Source: a virus (taxonomy: Duplodnaviria; Caudoviricetes). Taken from it: a stretch of DNA of 64,000 nucleotides. A model generated the notes under the pieces. It did not search any database. It saw nothing but the letters and a program-made list of their open reading frames with translations, and was not told where the DNA came from. Positions 8,300-17,993 of this stretch are shown in pieces. Every line of letters begins with the position of its first letter. The first letter of the stretch is position 1. Where the stretch lies: positions 30,927 to 94,926 of IMG/VR virus record IMGVR_UViG_3300042997_000757, one strand, 5' to 3'. The translations under genes were made by a program, and so were the position numbers.

Positions 8300-8701
8300 T
8301 TAAACTCCCCAGTTGCCTTGTGATGCTTGATCGTACATACCATTCCAACCGCATTCATAGCAGCGTGGTGCAGGTGTTGCCCCGTTAATTGTTGTTCCTG
8401 CACCTCTACCAGTTCGGCTAAAGACATAGATACTTCCGCAGTCAGGGCAGGTCACGTTACCATCTTTACGGTGCGCTTCCCCCCCTTTCCACAAACGAAG
8501 TGCTTCTCCCATAGTTATTTGATCTGTGGGTGAACGGCTTGGGTCAAGTACATCTTGTTTCTGTTGTTGTTGCTGTTGTACAGGCGTTTGTGGTTGTTCT
8601 GTATAGGGAATGCGCATAGGAGGTGATGTAGGCGGAGTTTGATACGTCCGCTGTGGGGTGGGCTGTTGCCCTGTAAGTTTTTTTGACCACCAGTCACTCA
8701 T
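8300..8701 (-). CDS. Zn-ribbon hypothetical protein
   Basis: CPDCGS and CYECG motifs. Confidence 0.7.
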   Translation of the reverse strand: MSDWWSKKLTGQQPTPQRTYQTPPTSPPMRIPYTEQPQTPVQQQQQQKQDVLDPSRSPTDQITMGEALRLWKGGEAHRKDGNVTCPDCGSIYVFSRTGRGAGTTINGATPAPRCYECGWNGMYDQASQGNWGV

Positions 8702-9038
8702 CTACAACCTCCGTCAACATGAGTAGCGCTACTTTGTCCGAATCTAAAAGTTTATTCATAAACGCTAAAGTATGCGCAATAAGTAAACGCTTAAAATTAT
8801 CCTGCAAAGAATCGGGGATGTCAATGAATCCCTCAATTTCCATAAGCCAATCTGAAGTTTCTATGGCGTCTTCTAGTACCCCTGCGGTTGCCAAAAGAGA
8901 CCATCTAGAAATAATGTCGTAAGTTTCTGCTTCTTGAACTTCTTCTGAAGGTTTAGAAAACCCAACGTTGTTTGCGAAGTCTTGTCCTTCAGAAGGGGAA
9001 AGCATTAGATAGTACATGCGCTTATCGACGGCACTCAT
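8694..9038 (-). CDS. Hypothetical protein
   Basis: Start revised to ATG 9038 (ATGA overlap with the polymerase stop). Confidence 0.7.
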   Translation of the reverse strand: MSAVDKRMYYLMLSPSEGQDFANNVGFSKPSEEVQEAETYDIISRWSLLATAGVLEDAIETSDWLMEIEGFIDIPDSLQDNFKRLLIAHTLAFMNKLLDSDKVALLMLTEVVDE

Positions 9039-11086
9039 CCTTTGGCTTCTGCCCAACTGTAGGCAGAGTCACATGAAACCATTAAAGGTACCCCGTCAAT
9101 GATGCGTCCGTGACCCATGGCTTCCATAAAGCGTGGAGTTATTTCTTCAATAAGGTCTTCGGGCACGGATACCACCAATTCGTCATGTACTTGGACTAAT
9201 AGACTAGCACCAGTACCTTTTAGCAGATCGTGGATGTCCAGCATGGCTTGCTTGCAGATATCAGCGGCTGATCCTTGTACGACGGCGTTTACAGCCTGCC
9301 GTTCGGCACGGGAGCGCTCCATGTCATCATTAGATTTGAGGTCAGGAAGACGACGTCTACGCCCTGCCATAGTCTCTACATAGCCCCGTATGCGTCCGTT
9401 TGCTACGACTTGGCGCTTCCACTCCGTAATGCCTGAAAACTGCCTGTAGTAGTTGTCAATAATCTCTCGGGCTTCATCAACAGAGATGCCAGTGGTGGTA
9501 GCCAACTTGCCAGCGCCACCACCGTAGGCAGTAAGGAAGTTAACCCCTTTTCCTACCTGCCGTTCATCACTGGTTACTTCTGCGATGGGCTTTTTAAAAA
9601 TAAGAGCGGCTGCTCCGGCGTGAATGTCTTCTTCATTTCTGAAGATACGGCTCATCTGTTTGTCATGAGAGAACATCGCCATGACCCGCAACTCAATTTG
9701 GTCATAGTCAGCCACAAGCAATTTGTACCCCTCGGGGGCAACAAACAAACTTCTAATACTGGATGAGCGTGGAATGTTCTGAAGGTTTGGGTTGCTAGAA
9801 GACAAACGCCCTGTGGCGGTGCGGTGAAGGTGAAAGGATGGATGCAGTCTGTGGTTATTCAACTTAGGGATAAGACCCTCAACATACGTTGATTTAAGTT
9901 TCTGCATTTCCGAGTATTCCAACAACAAAGGAACAACGGGGTGTTCTCCCTTTAACTTCTGTAAGGATTCTTCATCTACCGACGGAGCACCTTTAGCGGT
10001 TTTCTTTACTGGCTTAAGCGATAAGCCACCTTCACGCTTTTTGTTAAACAGGAGCGCTTGTTTGTGTGGGTTTGAATCAGGGTTGAAACCTACGAAGGCG
10101 TGTTCCGAGATGGCGAGAATAGTTTCCCTAATTTTTCCATCAAGTTCCCTGCCCAATACTTTGAGCGCACGACTATCCACCAAAATGCCATTGTCTTCCA
10201 TTTCCATTAGTACACGCAAAACTTTTGCGTCAAGGTTAAAACACTCAAGTAAGTCATCTTTGGCGCTGATCATCCGCCACATGCGAGTGTAAAGCATCCA
10301 TGTCCACCGAGCATCTAAGTGCACATAGCGAACTGCTTTATCAAACGGCACGTTGTCAATAATCTTGCCTATCTTGCCTTCACGAGAGTAGGGATTGTAA
10401 CCACCGTAGTTCTTCATAATAACTTGCTCAAGAGAGTAAGACATCAAGTTTTCATCAAGCACATGTTGCATCAAGATGGTGTCTGCGAATGGACCATGAG
10501 GCAATTCTCCGTAGTACTTGCCAATAGACCGAGCGTCAAACTTAACGTTGTGCCCGACCTTTACAAGGTCACTAAAGAACAGTGGGCGTAGTGCTTCTAA
10601 AACTTCAGAACGATTCAACTGCACCGGAACGGTGTCGTAAACAGCAGGAATGGTGTAACGGGCTTTTGCTAACGACTCTTGCCCATTCTTTAACATCTTG
10701 CGATAACCCTCAGGTGGGACAGTAGAACCATCGCCATTCTCTTCAGGTGTCAAAATAATACCAAGTTTGTGACCCATAGGAATAGCCCATGAATGACCGT
10801 GTGTGGCTAAAGAAATCCAAAACACCTCGTTGCGCATTGGGTCTAAAGCAAGGTTTCCCCGATGTTTGTCTTCAATGTTTTGACGTGCCTTTAAAGCAAT
10901 GTCAGGTGAAGGGGACTTTAATTTCGTGAGGTGTTCTTTCCAGTCACGATCAACAAATCCTTGCACATCGGGGTGCCGTTCCAGCACGCCACGGGTTTCG
11001 ACGTCAAAGACGAAAGCACCGTGACGCTGGATTTCGGCAACTGCTTCATGCACCTCAGCAATAGAGGAGATGACGCTATAACCCAT
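9035..11086 (-). CDS. polA: Family A DNA polymerase with 3'-5' exonuclease
   Basis: FDVET, GHNVKFD, TATGRLSSSNPNLQNIP, ADYDQIELR, RQVGKGVNFLTAYG, VQGSAAD, QVHDEL. Confidence 0.97.
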   Translation of the reverse strand: MGYSVISSIAEVHEAVAEIQRHGAFVFDVETRGVLERHPDVQGFVDRDWKEHLTKLKSPSPDIALKARQNIEDKHRGNLALDPMRNEVFWISLATHGHSWAIPMGHKLGIILTPEENGDGSTVPPEGYRKMLKNGQESLAKARYTIPAVYDTVPVQLNRSEVLEALRPLFFSDLVKVGHNVKFDARSIGKYYGELPHGPFADTILMQHVLDENLMSYSLEQVIMKNYGGYNPYSREGKIGKIIDNVPFDKAVRYVHLDARWTWMLYTRMWRMISAKDDLLECFNLDAKVLRVLMEMEDNGILVDSRALKVLGRELDGKIRETILAISEHAFVGFNPDSNPHKQALLFNKKREGGLSLKPVKKTAKGAPSVDEESLQKLKGEHPVVPLLLEYSEMQKLKSTYVEGLIPKLNNHRLHPSFHLHRTATGRLSSSNPNLQNIPRSSSIRSLFVAPEGYKLLVADYDQIELRVMAMFSHDKQMSRIFRNEEDIHAGAAALIFKKPIAEVTSDERQVGKGVNFLTAYGGGAGKLATTTGISVDEAREIIDNYYRQFSGITEWKRQVVANGRIRGYVETMAGRRRRLPDLKSNDDMERSRAERQAVNAVVQGSAADICKQAMLDIHDLLKGTGASLLVQVHDELVVSVPEDLIEEITPRFMEAMGHGRIIDGVPLMVSCDSAYSWAEAKG

Positions 11087-11811
11087 CAGTCAGTTTGTAA
11101 TTCAAGTGCTACCGCTGCAAGTGTTTTACGAGCAGGGGTGCGAATGATGTCATCGGTATAAGCAACACCTGAGAAGTAGTGAAGCGACTCAATGCTAAGA
11201 GCCTCTAGACCCCAATCAGAAAGGTCGTCTTTCTTGACCATCTGATGATTGGTTGCTGTAGTTGCGCCTTTACCGCTACGAGACACTGTCCAGTAATGCT
11301 TTGACAGTGGACCCATTGCAGGATGATCATTGAAGTTCTTCAACTGGTCAATAACTCGTGCGCCAACTTCATATGAACGAAGAACTGGTTCTTCACCAAC
11401 GGTGAGGAGAACTACGTTGAAGTTAAAGCGCCATGCGGCACGACTACCTGCTTCACAAAGTGGACATGATGTGCCCGACTCAATGTCAGCAATGCAAGTA
11501 AAGGACTTCTGTCCTGAGCGCTCTACCCAGTGTTGGCGGTAGCGAGCGTATGGTTGATCTTCAAGAAATTTGATGATCTGTGTTTCTTCAGTGACCTTTA
11601 GACGCTTTGCAAAGTCGTCGCTTGATGTTGCTGTCGTGCGGTCGGGGCTACCCCAACCACTGCGAACAACACGTCCTACAACAGGCTTGTCGTCTTCATC
11701 GTCATCGGTAATAATTGGGCGTGCTTTACGAGTAAGCCCTTCTTTTGGTGATTGCGCTGGCTTGGCGAACTCTTGCTCGTCGTCCTCGAAATCTTCGTCC
11801 CATCGTCCCAT
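11086..11811 (-). CDS. Single-stranded DNA-binding protein (gp32-like)
   Basis: KFLE..P....QHW....SFTC......CPLC, FNV; adjacent to the polymerase. Confidence 0.7.
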   Translation of the reverse strand: MGRWDEDFEDDEQEFAKPAQSPKEGLTRKARPIITDDDEDDKPVVGRVVRSGWGSPDRTTATSSDDFAKRLKVTEETQIIKFLEDQPYARYRQHWVERSGQKSFTCIADIESGTSCPLCEAGSRAAWRFNFNVVLLTVGEEPVLRSYEVGARVIDQLKNFNDHPAMGPLSKHYWTVSRSGKGATTATNHQMVKKDDLSDWGLEALSIESLHYFSGVAYTDDIIRTPARKTLAAVALELQTD

Positions 11812-11825
11812 GTGGTTGCTCCTTA

Positions 11826-12278
11826 TTATTTAGGCCAATTAGCCTTGATATATTGAATGAAATTAACCCAACTATTAGCATCTTGCCAGTTGGGGGTTCT
11901 AGTCCCATCAAGGTTGAAGCGTACCAGTGCTTCCATCAGCACGTCAACCTGTTCACGGGAATAAAGACGATACCCCTTTTGTTTGGCATTTAACAACTCG
12001 GCACCACTAGGTTTTAAAGTTCTATATGTGGGGGCTGGAATCCAGCCTTTTCTTTCCCACTTACGAATAGTCTGCGCCTGCCTGTTTAAGATGCGAGCAA
12101 CATTGCCAATTGTGTATAAATGCTTTTCTTCACCTTTAATAATTACTTTTTTAAAGGGAACTCCAGCAAAAGGGTTATCTACATTTTTAGCCCCCTTCTT
12201 CCCTGTCTCACGGTTTTTAGGCAAGCGTGAGCCGGGAAAATCAGGAAGGTCTCCAAAAACGTCAAGAATGTCTCTCAT
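11826..12278 (-). CDS. MerR-type HTH DNA-binding protein
   Basis: YTIGNVARILNRQAQTIRKWERKGWIP...GYRLYSREQV. Confidence 0.85.
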   Translation of the reverse strand: MRDILDVFGDLPDFPGSRLPKNRETGKKGAKNVDNPFAGVPFKKVIIKGEEKHLYTIGNVARILNRQAQTIRKWERKGWIPAPTYRTLKPSGAELLNAKQKGYRLYSREQVDVLMEALVRFNLDGTRTPNWQDANSWVNFIQYIKANWPK

Positions 12279-12691
12279 GCTTTAAAAGCCCAAGATTCTT
12301 TCTCTATATAAAAAGTTTGAATTTGTTTGGCAATTTCTTCATCGTTCCATGCCAAACCAAGAAGTTTGTCTTCGCTAAGAACTTCCACAACTTCTTTGAC
12401 GTCATCCCATTTGTTTGTTGCCTTCGCCCATGTTTCGGCAGATGCAGAGTCAAATGACTTCATAACACGACGCTCACGCTTAAGTTTGATATCCCCAACC
12501 TCAAGCCATAGGTGTCCGTTGTTATCTGCAACACCTGCATTGTCAACAATGTCAGACAGTTCTTTTTTTAAGTCGTTAGTGCGCTTCTCAATAGAGTTAA
12601 GCGCTTCTTTTGACTTCTTGTACTCTTCTGCAAGACGGGCAAGGTACGTAGGGTCAACACCATTGTTGCTATCTCTTTGAACTACTCTCAT
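12275..12691 (-). CDS. Hypothetical coiled-coil protein
   Basis: 138 aa ORF with GAGG SD. Confidence 0.7.
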   Translation of the reverse strand: MRVVQRDSNNGVDPTYLARLAEEYKKSKEALNSIEKRTNDLKKELSDIVDNAGVADNNGHLWLEVGDIKLKRERRVMKSFDSASAETWAKATNKWDDVKEVVEVLSEDKLLGLAWNDEEIAKQIQTFYIEKESWAFKA

Positions 12692-12693
12692 AT

Positions 12694-14238
12694 TTATACC
12701 TCTGTGTTTTTTAAGAAATCGGATAGGGTGCCCAAGGAAAGTTCAAACTTACCCTGCTGGTCATACCCTTTGTCAAGGAACGCTTCATTAATTCCTCGTT
12801 TTTGTTGAAGCATCTCGTATTGGCGTTCTTCAATGCTTCCTTTCATAACGAAGGCTGTAATCGTAACATGGGGGTGTACAGATGACAGTCTGATTATTCG
12901 GGCTTCTCGTTGGTCCAGTTTACCGGCAGACCATGGGAGGTCATAAGAAATGAGATAGTTGGCTTGGGGAAGGTCAACTCCATACCCTCCGGCGTCGGAA
13001 GATAAAAAGATACGACAATTGGGGTCTGTTTGAAACCGTTGTTTAGCAACGTCTCGTTCTTCTGATCCCATTCCTCCCATGAAGAGGACACTGTCCGCAA
13101 TATTTGCAGTTGCGTCTTTGATAAGCCGTAGGTTCTTTTTAAAGAACGAAAATAAAACCACTTTGTTAGTCGGGTCTTCACTGAGAACATCTTCTATGTA
13201 CTTGATAACTGCGTCTAGTTTGGGTGCCTTAGCGGTCGAGGAAATCCAGTTGGCTTTGACGATTGCTGAAGCATATGCACTACCTTCTGTACTTTGAGAG
13301 GGGTCGTCAAACGCTTGTGCCGAAGCCGTAACAAGTGCAGGGTTATCACAAAGCATACGTAGAACAGTAAGGCGAGCCATAATCTGCCCTTGCGCTTCAT
13401 TGCCCGTACCATCGTGATAATGCGACCATAGGTCAAACCCTTTCCCATGCTGAGTTAACGCTTTTTGAATTTCGTTTAGCAAGTCTGCGGATATCTTCTC
13501 ATAGGCAGATGCGCCTGCGTTATCAAATAATACAGGAATTACTTGAGTGATTACCTGAGGTAATTGGTCGGCAATATCAGCACGGGTTTTACGCACCATA
13601 GATTCCGACATGGTGTCATTCAAAGATTTGAGGTTGCGGTATCTAGTAGCAGCACCAAAATGATTACGCACAATAAAGGTGCGATCAAACACATCAAAGC
13701 GCCCCAACACCGCAGGGTCAACAAACTCCATAATAGAGAACAATTCTTCAGGGCGGTTCTCAATAGGTTGACCTGTAAGAGCAAAACGGTAATGAAATTT
13801 CTTACCCAGTTTTTTAAGCATCTTTGAGCGTTTTGCGCTAAACGATTTAATGATGGTTGCTTCATCTATAACAATGCAGTTCATATTTAAAGAAGTTAAA
13901 TATTTTTCATCATGGGAAAGTACTTCAGAGTTAACAATTACATAACGGCTATGTAGTGCAGAACGCCACAATATTTCACGCTGTTTTGGTGTGCCATCAA
14001 TAACTACCGCAGAAGAGTTTGTAAACTTTTTAATTTCTCTGAGCCACTGATATTTAAGACTGCTGGGAACTACTACCAGCACACGGCTTATCTCGTCTTG
14101 GTCAAAGAGAGCCTCTACTGCTGAAATGGTTGTAGGAGTTTTACCAGCACCCATAACCATGGCAAGGAGCATCTGCCCACGATCAACCATGCGGTTTCTT
14201 GCTTCTTCTTGAAAAGGGTAAAGAGTACCTGTAAACAT
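12694..14238 (-). CDS. SNF2-family helicase
   Basis: MGAGKT, VVVPSSLKYQW, IDEA, ALTGQPIEN, GGYGVDL, QREARIIR; start revised to 14238. Confidence 0.92.
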   Translation of the reverse strand: MFTGTLYPFQEEARNRMVDRGQMLLAMVMGAGKTPTTISAVEALFDQDEISRVLVVVPSSLKYQWLREIKKFTNSSAVVIDGTPKQREILWRSALHSRYVIVNSEVLSHDEKYLTSLNMNCIVIDEATIIKSFSAKRSKMLKKLGKKFHYRFALTGQPIENRPEELFSIMEFVDPAVLGRFDVFDRTFIVRNHFGAATRYRNLKSLNDTMSESMVRKTRADIADQLPQVITQVIPVLFDNAGASAYEKISADLLNEIQKALTQHGKGFDLWSHYHDGTGNEAQGQIMARLTVLRMLCDNPALVTASAQAFDDPSQSTEGSAYASAIVKANWISSTAKAPKLDAVIKYIEDVLSEDPTNKVVLFSFFKKNLRLIKDATANIADSVLFMGGMGSEERDVAKQRFQTDPNCRIFLSSDAGGYGVDLPQANYLISYDLPWSAGKLDQREARIIRLSSVHPHVTITAFVMKGSIEERQYEMLQQKRGINEAFLDKGYDQQGKFELSLGTLSDFLKNTEV

Positions 14239-15143
14239 TAGAGCCACCACGGAATTACGGAAGCGCCAGTTACAGCCTCTTCAATCTCGTTGTCTGTCAT
14301 TTCCCCAATATCCTTTGCCTTGGTGTGGGAATACTTTAACCAATATAACCCGTGCTTAACGAGAGGCATTGATTTAAAAATGTTCTTTGCGCTATTAATC
14401 CCTGCGTTGTCGTTATCCATAGCAATGATTACCTTTTCAGATACATCAAATAACATATGCAATTGTTCAGAAGTAATCGATGCCCCAAAAGAGGCAAGGC
14501 ATTGAATACCCTCAAAAGAAGAAGCAAACCGAACTACGTCCAAAGGTGACTCAACCAATATTGACGTCTTAGAAGTAAAGTTCTCAATTCCAAATAACGT
14601 GTGGCGCATCTTGATTCCTGTTGGGTGGTTAACAACAAAGTTAGAACCTTTTTCTTGCCACCCAAGCAATACGCCGTCAGCAGATACCACTGGAATAATC
14701 CATGACTTCTTTTCAGCATTCCAACGAATACCGTACTGGCGAGCCGCTTCTACAGAAATGTTGCGACTGTTTAAATACTTGAGTGGAACGTCGTCGTAGT
14801 ACAGGTACATGTTGTTATCCACTGTAGGAATCTTTTCCCACTTAGGAGCAGACATTTGATTGACGTTGTGGTTCATCAAAGTAAGCAATACCGCAGGGTC
14901 ATCTGACTGTGCACCAGTGACCTCGTAAATCAAATGAGCCAATGTACCTTTAGCACCACATGACCAGCACAACCAAAGACCACTTTCGGCATTGATATAG
15001 AAGGAAGGGTTGGCGTCTTCTTTGCCTGTGCGCTTAACGTGTACTGGGCAACGACACTGGATTTCTTGTCCAGACTTAATAACGTCTACGCCAATAGACA
15101 ACAGGAAATCAGCGAGGTCAGTAGTCCCAGTCACTGTGCTCAC
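14238..15143 (-). CDS. DNA primase (Zn finger + TOPRIM)
   Basis: CPVH...PSF...WLCWSCG; ILVESPLDV, MDNDNAG, KDIGE. Confidence 0.88.
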   Translation of the reverse strand: MSTVTGTTDLADFLLSIGVDVIKSGQEIQCRCPVHVKRTGKEDANPSFYINAESGLWLCWSCGAKGTLAHLIYEVTGAQSDDPAVLLTLMNHNVNQMSAPKWEKIPTVDNNMYLYYDDVPLKYLNSRNISVEAARQYGIRWNAEKKSWIIPVVSADGVLLGWQEKGSNFVVNHPTGIKMRHTLFGIENFTSKTSILVESPLDVVRFASSFEGIQCLASFGASITSEQLHMLFDVSEKVIIAMDNDNAGINSAKNIFKSMPLVKHGLYWLKYSHTKAKDIGEMTDNEIEEAVTGASVIPWWL

Positions 15144-16368
15144 GTTCTTCTCCTACCTCTGTAAAGTCCATGTTCTCCCAGTCCCATTTAATCCGTACTT
15201 CACCTTTAGGAGCAGCACGAGCCAAGATAACTCGGATGATGGATTGATTGTCAATATCAGGGTCGGACTCAACACCAAGTACTAAGTCTGAGTCTTGAAC
15301 AAACGAAGAGGAGTAACCAATAGCGTCCGATGTGATTGCACGAGATTTCTTGTTACCGAGTTTCCATGCAAGTACTTGGGTGGTGCCAATGATGGGCACA
15401 TCAAAACGCTGTGCAAGGCGCTTCAATCCCCGTGTAATGCTCGTAAGTGCTTGTGGGCTACCTTTAGGTTCACCATTCTCATCATCCATGAGATACACGC
15501 CGTCAACAATTACTAGACCCGGCCTGTACTGCTGGATCTTTCCAGCGATAGCGCTGATAGTTGTAAGCGATGAAGCGTCTTCAGTCATGATGAACTGTTG
15601 CATGTTCTTGCGAACTTTGATGGCATCTTCAATACGTTGCAACTCACTTAGGTTCAAGTCGCCACGCATAATCTTTGTGTGCGCTACACCTGCAATAAGA
15701 GAGTCGTAACGTGCTTCTTGTTCTTCAATACTCATTTCAAAAGAGATGTACAAAGGAACAATGCCGTGTGCGTGAGCGGCTTGAGCCATGATGAGAGTCA
15801 TCAATGATTTACCTTTTTTGGCTTCACCTACAAACGTGATCAACTGTTGTGGTCTAAAGCCTGCGGTAATTCTGTCAAGACCATTGAAACCTGATGGGAT
15901 ACCACGAAGACCATTAGGTGTTTCTCGCATAACCTTGTAACGCTCAATGCGCTTTTCCCATGTGTCAATAAGGTTGACGTCACGAAGGTGCGCAACTTCA
16001 AGAGCCGCTTTCTGCAAACCCTCACTAAGTATCTGTATTGCCTCATCAGTTTTAAGATCGTTAAGAGCAGGTGTTGCGGCTGCGACCGAGATAACAAGGT
16101 GCTTGTGTTTGTATGCCGAGTACAACTCGTCAATGAGTCGTGGGAAGGGTTCTGCTTCTGCGTTGAGAAGTTGGATATCACCAAACTGTTGCTTCAATAC
16201 ACGGGGTGTAGGTACTGCGCTGTAGTCACGCCAGTAACCAAGAATCCAAATAAGCATTTCTGCCCAGTCTTTAGAAAGATGGTCAGGGCGTACACCTGCT
16301 TCAATGATCTCGGTAACGGATGCCGTCTGAATAATTTTGCTTATTAAAAGATGCTCACTACTTGCCAC
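15118..16368 (-). CDS. dnaB: Replicative DnaB-like helicase
   Basis: GIPSGFNGLD..T.G, GEAKKGKS, SFEMS, IVDGVYLM, QDSDLV; likely GTG start at 16368. Confidence 0.92.
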   Translation of the reverse strand: MASSEHLLISKIIQTASVTEIIEAGVRPDHLSKDWAEMLIWILGYWRDYSAVPTPRVLKQQFGDIQLLNAEAEPFPRLIDELYSAYKHKHLVISVAAATPALNDLKTDEAIQILSEGLQKAALEVAHLRDVNLIDTWEKRIERYKVMRETPNGLRGIPSGFNGLDRITAGFRPQQLITFVGEAKKGKSLMTLIMAQAAHAHGIVPLYISFEMSIEEQEARYDSLIAGVAHTKIMRGDLNLSELQRIEDAIKVRKNMQQFIMTEDASSLTTISAIAGKIQQYRPGLVIVDGVYLMDDENGEPKGSPQALTSITRGLKRLAQRFDVPIIGTTQVLAWKLGNKKSRAITSDAIGYSSSFVQDSDLVLGVESDPDIDNQSIIRVILARAAPKGEVRIKWDWENMDFTEVGEEREHSDWDY

Positions 16369-16808
16369 TACGGTGCCCACGCCCTGTCTGAACTAACGAC
16401 TGTGGAGCGCATTCCCAATACTTTTGCATGTTCTTCATTAGTGACATATATGGTCCTGATTGCTCGTTGAAATCTAAGGTCGTACTCAAGTAGTTCGACG
16501 CTGTCGTAAAAATATACGGGAGTAGATATTCCCTTACGCATGAGCCAGTTGTCAATGACTGGTACTGCATCTTCTGAGAGAAAAGTGTAAACGTCAGTAC
16601 CAAGTCCTAAACGGTTTACCGAATCTGCCAATGCTTTTAAAGGAAGAGTGTGTGGTTCCCACAAAGAAATTGCTCGCTCCCAATTATTTCGTTTGCGGTG
16701 AATGTTTTCTAAAAGATTCTTTGCACCTTGTGGTGGAGAAGCAAGCAATCCCTCAAAGATTAACGCTTGTGCTAATGGAGCATAGGAACTGAGATCATTC
16801 CCCTGCAT
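16368..16808 (-). CDS. Hypothetical protein (possible degenerate HAD-like fold)
   Basis: Start revised to ATG 16808; coupled on both sides. Confidence 0.65.
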   Translation of the reverse strand: MQGNDLSSYAPLAQALIFEGLLASPPQGAKNLLENIHRKRNNWERAISLWEPHTLPLKALADSVNRLGLGTDVYTFLSEDAVPVIDNWLMRKGISTPVYFYDSVELLEYDLRFQRAIRTIYVTNEEHAKVLGMRSTVVSSDRAWAP

Positions 16809-17451
16809 GTTCGTCCATCCATTTGTTAATACGGTAGTCCTCATTACGAAGAGGTGCTACGTAACAACACGCTGAAAGTATTGAAGAAACACTCTTGCTG
16901 TACATGGTTGTGAGACTATCGGGTTTGTATGTGCTGGTGACGATAGTGGTTAACTTTTCGTGATAACGAGATTCAATAAGTGAACAAATTGCTTTGCGTG
17001 TGAAATCAGTAGGTCGCTCGGTACCAAGTGAATCTAATACGACGATGTCGTAGACCTCTTGCATGTATTTAAGCGTGTTTGGGTCTTCATACCCCTCAGG
17101 TAACTCCCCTGAAAACTTAACTTCGTTGTAAGCCATCTGGATGTACTTGTCTGCTGTGACAAAGACTCCGCAAAGATTGTGTTTGTAAACAGCCCGTTTA
17201 AGTGCTGCTTGAGCAAGGTGCGTTTTACCTGAACCTGTTGCGCCAACAATGTATAAACCTTGACCATCTTCAACATGTTTCTCTGAGTCGTTAACCCAAC
17301 TTTCAATTAAAGCAAAAGTTTTCTCATCTCCTTTTTGAACCTTAAAAGTATCAAGAGTGTCTTGTCGAAAACGGCGTGGAATCAAAGTGTTCTGCGCACG
17401 TTCTTCATCAGAACGGTTGCGCCAGTAACGTCGGCTACGAAGTTCAGTCAT
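16795..17451 (-). CDS. DnaC/IstB-like AAA+ helicase loader
   Basis: GLYIVGATGSGKTHLA, VVLDSLGTE, LIESRY, TIVTS, DYR. Confidence 0.88.
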   Translation of the reverse strand: MTELRSRRYWRNRSDEERAQNTLIPRRFRQDTLDTFKVQKGDEKTFALIESWVNDSEKHVEDGQGLYIVGATGSGKTHLAQAALKRAVYKHNLCGVFVTADKYIQMAYNEVKFSGELPEGYEDPNTLKYMQEVYDIVVLDSLGTERPTDFTRKAICSLIESRYHEKLTTIVTSTYKPDSLTTMYSKSVSSILSACCYVAPLRNEDYRINKWMDEHAGE

Positions 17452-17617
17452 TGTCAAAAAAGTCCTTTAAACATTTGGTTGCTAGGTGCTCATACATATC
17501 TTCAATATCCTCGAAGATTTCATCACAGATTCTGCAACGAAACCCAATACCCTCTTCTTCTTCTCTATAGCACTCCTGCTTAGTCCGGTAGGAGCCGGAT
17601 GTCCACTTGCAAGTCAT
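17444..17617 (-). CDS. Small Zn-finger-like protein (57 aa)
   Basis: Not in the ORF track; AAGGAG SD; ...FRCRICDEIFEDIEDMYEHLATKC...; stop overlaps the loader start. Confidence 0.65.
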   Translation of the reverse strand: MTCKWTSGSYRTKQECYREEEEGIGFRCRICDEIFEDIEDMYEHLATKCLKDFFDND

Positions 17618-17993
17618 CGTAAGTGGTCTCCTTAGGTGCTGTAGGCGTGTTACTGAGGTGGTCTAGGTTAGCGAGGAAAGCACGCCACGGTGCAACACCA
17701 TTAGGCAAAGGTTTACGAACAAGATCCTCTGCAAATGTTTTCATCATGGTACGAATTTCTTCAGGCGTTTTACCTGAGTCACGTAGTTTCTTTACGCCAA
17801 CCATGAGTGCTTTCCCATTTACTGGAGAATTAAGTTTACCCCATGCGTCTACAGGCAATATTGTGGCAAAGTACCCCACCAACCCTGACAGGGTGTCTTG
17901 TCGGGGAGTTTTCTTCGGGGACGCAGTGGCGTGTTCCTTCTCAGGGTCAGCACCAAGGGGGGTACCCCAATCGTCTGCTGGTTGCTTCCTCAT
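17580..17993 (-). CDS. Hypothetical replication-module protein
   Basis: 137 aa ORF with ATGA coupling; C-terminal YDDLQVDIRL. Confidence 0.75.
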   Translation of the reverse strand: MRKQPADDWGTPLGADPEKEHATASPKKTPRQDTLSGLVGYFATILPVDAWGKLNSPVNGKALMVGVKKLRDSGKTPEEIRTMMKTFAEDLVRKPLPNGVAPWRAFLANLDHLSNTPTAPKETTYDDLQVDIRLLPD

